In this document: piece by piece, positions 55,761 to 64,000 of the stretch
Layout of the letters: each line of letters opens with the position of its first letter
Position numbering within the stretch: position 1 is the first letter of the stretch
Assembly: GCA_951406725.2 (NCBI GenBank)
Contig: OX597833.1
Location: forward strand, 67,332,001 to 67,396,000
Reading direction: 5' to 3'
Length of the DNA stretch: 64,000 nucleotides
DNA from: Octopus vulgaris
Lineage: Eukaryota
Notes under the pieces: model-generated
Database searches by the model: none
What the model saw: the letters and a program-made list of their open reading frames with translations, nothing else
Told to the model about the DNA's origin: nothing
Program-made: the position numbers and the translations under genes

Positions 55761-55990
55761 GTATGTATGTGTGTGTATGTGTGTGTGTGTGTGTGTATGT
55801 ATGTTTGTATGTTAGCGTGTTTACGTCCCCTTAGCATAGCGGTTCGGCATATAAGAGTCCGATAGTATAAATACTAGGCTTGCAGAGAATAAGTCCTGAG
55901 GTCGATTTGTTCGACTAAAGGTGGTGCTGCAGCATGGCCGTAGTCAGATGACTGAAACCAGTAAAAGATTATATATATATATATATACAT

Positions 55991-56038
<48 letters not shown>

Positions 56039-58367
56039 TTAAAAATAATAAAAAAAAAAAGAAAAGATGATGGCATTTAGTAGAGAATACTCGGAAGCTG
56101 TTGCATTTTGATTATTATTGCAAACAGCAGTAGCTTTCTTCAGCTGAATACACGTCGTTGATCGGTTAAAATTACCAAAATACAACAACTTTAACACGAA
56201 ATAACTTCTAAAATATGAAATTTCGTGGAAAATGTTGAAAGTAAACCGTGTTTAGCGTGAGAAATTACATCGGTGAAGCAAGTTTCAATCTATTTAGTTA
56301 AACAAAAATAATCAAAAAATCGGTGAGCGAAACTGAAGAGGTCCAAATTTCCTCTTAAATTGAAATGTATTTGACTTACTTCTCTGGTATTTCCATCTCC
56401 ATCATATTTATATATAAAAAAATTTGATTTGTATAGATCTCTAATCTTTTTGCAACTATGTATATATACTTTCTTGCGTACATACATACATACATACATA
56501 AATAGATGCATATATATATACATACACATATATATATATACATACATGCATTATCATATTATATTGATAGTCTCTCTTCGAAGTCTTGCCATTAAATAAA
56601 GTGATTGTAAGGTAAGATCAGACACAACTCACATCCACCCACCCACACTCACACACACCCACATACACAAACACACACACATCCATGAATTTAGTGAAAT
56701 TTAGTTGTGAAAGCTATTAGGAAAAGCATTCATCAGGCTAACTTATTGTATATAAGCTATATACAATGCAGTTTAAATCTGCACCACTTCCGGATTAATT
56801 TATATTTTCATTTAAGGAAATTCCACACGAGGATAAGACAGAGTTACCTCAAAGGGACAAATATCGTAGAACATTATCTACGACGCTCTAACGATTTTTA
56901 TATTCCTGCACATTCATTATAATAATTTCTCACAGATGGTTTAATATGTTAACATGTTAATGCATTGCTTTAACAGGGATATTGAAGTTAAATTTACTCC
57001 CGGCCAACTTTGAATACCTATAAAAAAATATTGCAAATCTTCCTGCCTCACGCTCTGATGGTATCCTCAGGCGTCGCCTGAAGTTTGTGCCGAATGTAAT
57101 GAGCGAAACAGAGAAGGAAGTGAAGAGCCGCGGTTACAACAACTTAACACATTTTACGGAGTTTCTATCTTGTGAAGTTTGTATTTTCCTACTATTAAAG
57201 TTATGCATACAAAGGTTTTTCTTCTTAATCAGTACGATAAATTGATCAGCAGCGGTGTAAAAAGGTTTGTTCTTTAGCCCATGGAAACATAAGTTCATTT
57301 GTTTTTTTAGCCCAAGGAAACAATTGGTTACAAGGAAACAACGGGTTGTTTGGCGTAAACATAACCGAGACCTGAAGATACTCTAAACTTAAAACCAGTG
57401 CGTTGCATGGATGAAGGCAGGAAATTCCTTTGGAGAAGAGGTAAGTCAATTACACTATCCCTAGTACCTGACTGGTAATTTATCTCATCGATTCTAAAAG
57501 GATGAAAGCCAAGGTTAACTTAGGTAAGATTGAACTCAGAACATAAAGAACCGAATGAAATGGACGCTGAACACTTTGTCCGTGGGGCTGTTACAATGAT
57601 TGTACCAGCTCACCGACTTTGCAGCAGCGAATTTGAGACGATACAATTGACACCATAAGTTGCCTTAAAATGTGCGAAATTACAGAGACGTTACAAAACC
57701 GACGGATAAATAGGCGATTGGTTGATTCTCAGAATCAATAGATCAATGGCTTTAGTTCCATGTGAAACATTCGAGGAAGCTTATTATAGTCTCGGTTCAA
57801 ATCCAGCTCGGAGACAATTTTACTGCACATCCTCTATTCGAGTAAACAATTGAATATGTAACACAGACGTATTTCATACCTATACAAATTCTACTGTGTA
57901 CATACATACGTACATACATAAATATAAACATACATATATACACTTTGAAATAAAACTGAACAATGGCATACATAAATACACACACACGCACTCATTATAT
58001 ATATAAATATATGTTTTCACATATACATACGTGTGTGTGTGTATGCGTGCATGTGCGAGTGCGTGTATGGCTTTCTCTTTCTCGTTGTAAATCAATAACG
58101 TATACTGAACAGGTACAGAATGTAATGGAAGAAATATGAGATTTTAATTTACGATATTTTCTGACGAGACACAGTTGAAATGCATATCATAAATGTTATA
58201 TTAGAGACACTGAGAGGCTACATATCGCTTAACTAATGTTTTTCTAGCACGGTTAATGTTAGTTTTAAAATACATTCTGTATCGACTTCAAAAAAATAAC
58301 TAAAGTAATAAACCACGCTAATGATGATCACATATGTATGTAAATATATATATATATATATATGTAA

Positions 58368-58459
<92 letters not shown>

Positions 58460-58662
58460 ATACATATATATATACACATACATACATACACACACACATA
58501 TATATATATGTATGTATGTAAGGTACTTATGCTTAAATATATATTCATAAAATTATAAAATTATGTGCATATATATACACTCAAATAAATATATATACAT
58601 ACAGACATTTATAAATATATGTTTACATATCTTTGTTTATGTATGTATATATCTCTGCATGC

Positions 58663-58704
<42 letters not shown>

Positions 58705-58819
58705 GTATGTATATATATTTATTTGAGTGTATATATATGCACATAATTTTATGAATATATATTTAAGCATAATACATATACATTATATATACACATATAT
58801 ATATATATATAAAACAATG

Positions 58820-58883
<64 letters not shown>

Positions 58884-59089
58884 GCACATTTATTCCCATA
58901 TGGCGGGATATAAATTGCAAATGATATGGTTGGTATAAATAGATTCAATAAATTACACGTGAAAAATGTTTGTAAACGCAAGTAGACATGGGCACCTATG
59001 TATATACATACATATACAGATACATAGATACACACATAACGTATATATATATACATACATATATATATATATATATATACATACATACG

Positions 59090-59123
<34 letters not shown>

Positions 59124-59601
59124 TATATATGTATATATATATATACACGCTGGTATATATGTGTATACGCACATACATATATGCCTACACCCGCCCAGAT
59201 ATATATATGCACACATACACAGAAGCACAGATGGAGAAAGTTTTTAGTATTCAACTGAGCGCGTGTGAATAAACGCGACGATATGTTTGCTGAAAGAAGT
59301 GCGCTTGAGGCGCGCATGCAGGTGTCGGTGGATGTATGTAAAGATACTTCAAGGGACAGACGAACATTGATAAAAATCGCTAATGTATACATTTTTGTGT
59401 ATAAAAAAATAAATGGCTAATCTATACAGATACTTCATAGATATGACGCAGATGATACAAACGTAAATGTGTAACACCACTATATATTAAAATGTAACTG
59501 TATGTAAAAGTATAACACTGTAACATAATAATAATTGTAATAAATATTATATGTTTGTATATGTAATGTAATATACACACAGATATCCGTGTGTGCGTTC
59601 G

Positions 59602-59844
<243 letters not shown>

Positions 59845-59867
59845 CTCTCTCTCTCTCTCTCTCTCTT

Positions 59868-59906
<39 letters not shown>

Positions 59907-60086
59907 GTGTGTATGTGTGTGTGTGTGTGTATGTGTATGTATATATCAAGAGAAAAAAACAGAGAGGGGGAGAGAGAGAGAGTGAGTGAGATAGATAAAG
60001 ACTTGTAAATATACATTTTCAAGCAGACACAAACACAATCCTATATTCACAACCGTCGATAGCACTAACATATATAATTTACATAC

Positions 60087-60173
<87 letters not shown>

Positions 60174-60403
60174 ATTTATGTACATGTATATGTATGTATA
60201 TATATATATATACATATATATATTATATTTATATATATTTATATATACATATATATATACACACACACATATATATATATATATATATGTATACATGCAT
60301 ATATATATACGTATATATATGCATGCGTATATATATATTTACATTAATATATATATATATATATATACATATAAACATATACATATATATATATGTACTT
60401 ATA

Positions 60404-60434
<31 letters not shown>

Positions 60435-60435
60435 T

Positions 60436-60466
<31 letters not shown>

Positions 60467-61097
60467 TTATATATATATTTGTATGCACCATAACAATAAG
60501 AGAGAGGCGTAGATAGATTGATAAACAGAGCGAGCGCCATGAATATGTATATTTGATAGAAATGGTATATAAAATGTTAATGTTTAATGTCATATACTGG
60601 ACATATGTATACATCTTACATCTTTTGATATATATATATGTGTGTATGTATGTATGCATGCATGTATGTATGTAATCATTTATTGATGTTTGTATGCAAA
60701 CATGTATGTCTGTGTGTATGCATATATGTTTATATAGATATTCACGTAAATTATTTTATTTACAAATACTAAAACACGCATATATATATATATGTACGTA
60801 TGTACGAGAGCATATGTAAGAGGGGCATTAACATCAAACATTATTCATTCTCGTAATTACAGAAAAACCTGAAAGTATCTGAGTGTTGATTCCGACCATT
60901 ATTCTACATACGAGGGACATAAAACTCCATTTATCAAACTTCCATATATCTATATGCATTCAAATATATTTTAGAAGGTAATTGCACAGCAATTATTTAC
61001 TGATACGAGTTTTACACATAATTACATCATTAGACTGAACATACATATATATACATATATATAAATATATATATATATATGTATGTATATATATATA

Positions 61098-61194
<97 letters not shown>

Positions 61195-61237
61195 TATATA
61201 TATGTATATATATATATATATATTCATATATATATAT

Positions 61238-61296
<59 letters not shown>

Positions 61297-61303
61297 GTAT
61301 ATG

Positions 61304-61334
<31 letters not shown>

Positions 61335-61994
61335 ATATATATACAATATATGGTTGGATTTATGTATATAAGTTGTTTTTTTTTATTTCATTTAACTATT
61401 CTGGAACATTATCTGAAAAGGAGACTTTTATCTAATCCGCCATTAAAATATCTCCATGTTCTTAAAAATTCGATAACTATTTTATTCCAGTAAAAGTAAA
61501 ATATTTAATGGATGGTTTTATTTTATATTTTTGCACTGCTTTTCCGTGCGCACGCGCGTGTTTTATGTGTGAGTATGTGTGAGTGTGTGTGCATATGTAA
61601 GCCCGTGTGCGTTTATCTGCTTCTGCGTGTGTTTACCGAAACCATTTGACAAGTCTCTGATCGGTTCGAGGCTGTAGTTGAAGACACTTACCCAAGGTAC
61701 CACGCAGTCGGACTGAACCCAGAACCATGGGGTTGGGAAGTAAACTTCTAACAACGCAGCCACATATCTATTTCCTCCATCCACCCAATCTTCTCTATCC
61801 ACTTTTCCTGTGAGGGTCTTCAGAGTAGCGTCCTAATGCTCCTCCTTTGTAGGGCCGTGTCTGCAGCAACCGTATTTAGACGTCTCGGCTGGTTACCCAA
61901 TCATGACCTAAAGAGCCAAAAGGTTAACTCAAAAGATATCTGGTGTAACGTTACAAGACAGGATGAATCACTCCCAGTTGTGCTGTCAGTTCTA

Positions 61995-63905
61995 CACTGC
62001 CCATAAGGGGCTACACACAGAGGGGACAAACAAGTGTAACTGGTTCTTAATTTATCGACTCCGAAAGGATGAAGGGTAAATTCGACCTCTGCGGAATTTG
62101 AACTCGAACGTAGCAACAAAAGAAATACCGCTAAGCATTTCGCCCGGCGTGCTAACGTTTCTTATTTCTTTACTGCCCACAAGGGGCTACACAATGAGGA
62201 GGAAAACAAGGACAGACAAACGGATTAAGTCGATTATATCGACCTCAGTGCGTAACTGGTACTTATTTAATCGATCCCGAAATGATGAAAGGCAAATTCG
62301 ACCTCTGCGGAATTTGAACTCAGAACGTAGCGACAAACGAAATACCTCTATGCATTTCGCCCGGCGTGCTAACGTTTCTTATTTCTTTACTGCCCACAAG
62401 GGGCTACACAATGAGGAGGAAAACAAGGACAGACAAACGGATTAAGTCGATTATATCGACCTCAGTGCGTAACTGGTACTTATTTAATCGATCCCGAAAT
62501 GATGAAAGGCAAATTCGACCTCTGCGGAATTTGAACTCAGAACGTAGCGACAAACGAAATACCTCTATGCATTTCGCCCGGCGTGCTAACGTTTCTTATT
62601 TCTTTACTGCCCACAAGGGGCTACACAATGAGGAGGAAAACAAGGACAGACAAACGGATTAAGTCGATTATATCGACCTCAGTGCGTAACTGGTACTTAT
62701 TTAATCGATCCCGAAATGATGAAAGGCAAATTCGACCTCTGCGGAATTTGAACTCAGAACGTAGCGACAAACGAAATACCTCTATGCATTTCGCCCGGCG
62801 TGCTAACGTTTCTTATTTCTTTACTGCCCACAAGGGGCTACACAATGAGGAGGAAAACAAGGACAGACAAACGGATTAAGTCGATTATATCGACCTCAGT
62901 GCGTAACTGGTACTTATTTAATCGATCCCGAAATGATGAAAGGCAAATTCGACCACGGCGGAATTTGAACTCAGAACGTAGCGACAAACGAAATACCTCT
63001 ATGCATTTCGCCCGGCGTGCTAACGTTTCTTATTTCTTTACTGCCCACAAGGGGCTACACAATGAGGAGGAAAACAAGGACAGACAAACGGATTAAGTCG
63101 ATTATATCGACCTCAGTGCGTAACTGGTACTTATTTAATCGATCCCGAATGATGAAAGGCAAATTCGACCACGGCGGAATTTGAACTCAGAACGTAGCGA
63201 CAAACGAAATACCTCTATGCATTTCGCCCGGCGTGCTAACGTTTCTTATTTCTTTACTGCCCACAAGGGGCTACACACTGACGAGGCAAACAAGGACAGA
63301 CAAACGGATTAAGTCGATTATATCGACCTCAGTGCGTAACTGGTACTTATTTAATCGATCCCGAAATGATGAAAGGCAAATTCGACCTCTGCGGAATTTG
63401 AACTCAGAACGTAGCGACAAACGAAATACCTCTATGCATTTCGCCCGGCGTGCTAAAGTTTCTTATTTCTTTACTGCCCACAAGGGGCTACACACTGACG
63501 AGGCAAACAAGGACAGACAAACGGATTAAGTCGATTATATCGACCTCAGTGCGTAACTGGTACTTATTTAATCTATCCCGAAATGATGAAAGGCAAAGTC
63601 GACCTCGGCGGAATTTGAACTCAGAACGTAACGGCAGACGAAATACCGCTAAACATTTCGCCCGGCGTGCTAAAGTTTCTTATTTCTTTACTGCCCACAA
63701 GGGGCTACCCACTGACGAGGCAAACAAGGACAGACAAACGGATTAAGTCGATTATATCGACCTCAGTGCGTAACTGGTACTTATTTAATCTATCCCGAAA
63801 GGATGAAAGGCAAAGTCGACCTCGGCGGAATTTGAACTCAGAACGTAACGGCAGACGAAATACCGCTAAACATTTCGCCCGGTGTGCTAACGATTCCGCC
63901 GGCTC
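61995..63905 (-). repeat. Tandem array of SINE family B: 8 units of ~217 bp plus one degenerate unit
   Basis: GCTAA(C/A)G(T/A)TT recurs at 62151, 62368, 62585, 62802, 63019, 63235, 63452, 63669 and 63886. Confidence 0.95.
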
Positions 63906-64000
63906 TTCTACACACTGAGGAGTTACAGCTTCGGCATTTCGGTAGGGTGATTACATCGCGAGAGAAAAAGAACCACAAAATAGGTTTTTCAACCCGAGAC

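Noticed and set aside
63277-63310. CTGACGAG in array units as a hammerhead core
   Set aside because: No stem II followed by GAAA; it is a variant of the SINE tail.
62098-63918. Repeated 98-aa ORFs, or a CRISPR-like array
   Set aside because: They are the antisense reading of tandem SINE units. There are no unique spacers, no cas genes, and the context is eukaryotic.

Overview
AT-rich, microsatellite-dense eukaryotic DNA, intronic or intergenic. The repeat families resemble those of a coleoid cephalopod such as Octopus (inferred, not proven). No host protein-coding gene is securely identifiable, and almost all listed ORFs are simple-repeat artefacts. The main feature is a young Penelope-like retroelement (PLE) on the minus strand, about 44854-51114, with an uninterrupted RT + GIY-YIG frame. 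It sits between ~2.05 kb near-identical inverted arms, each ending in a non-canonical (U3-A8) hammerhead-ribozyme fold and abutting (TA)n. The window also holds a tRNA-headed short element carrying a canonical hammerhead core, four more variant hammerhead relics, and at least four tRNA-derived SINE families. One SINE family forms two tandem arrays (184 and 217 bp units) and shares its 3' tail with an L1/Tx1-like LINE fragment. Other features are a duplicated non-autonomous Helitron, Tc1/mariner relics and several fold-back duplications centred on (TA)n. Everything was read by eye; coordinates of degenerate copies are approximate.
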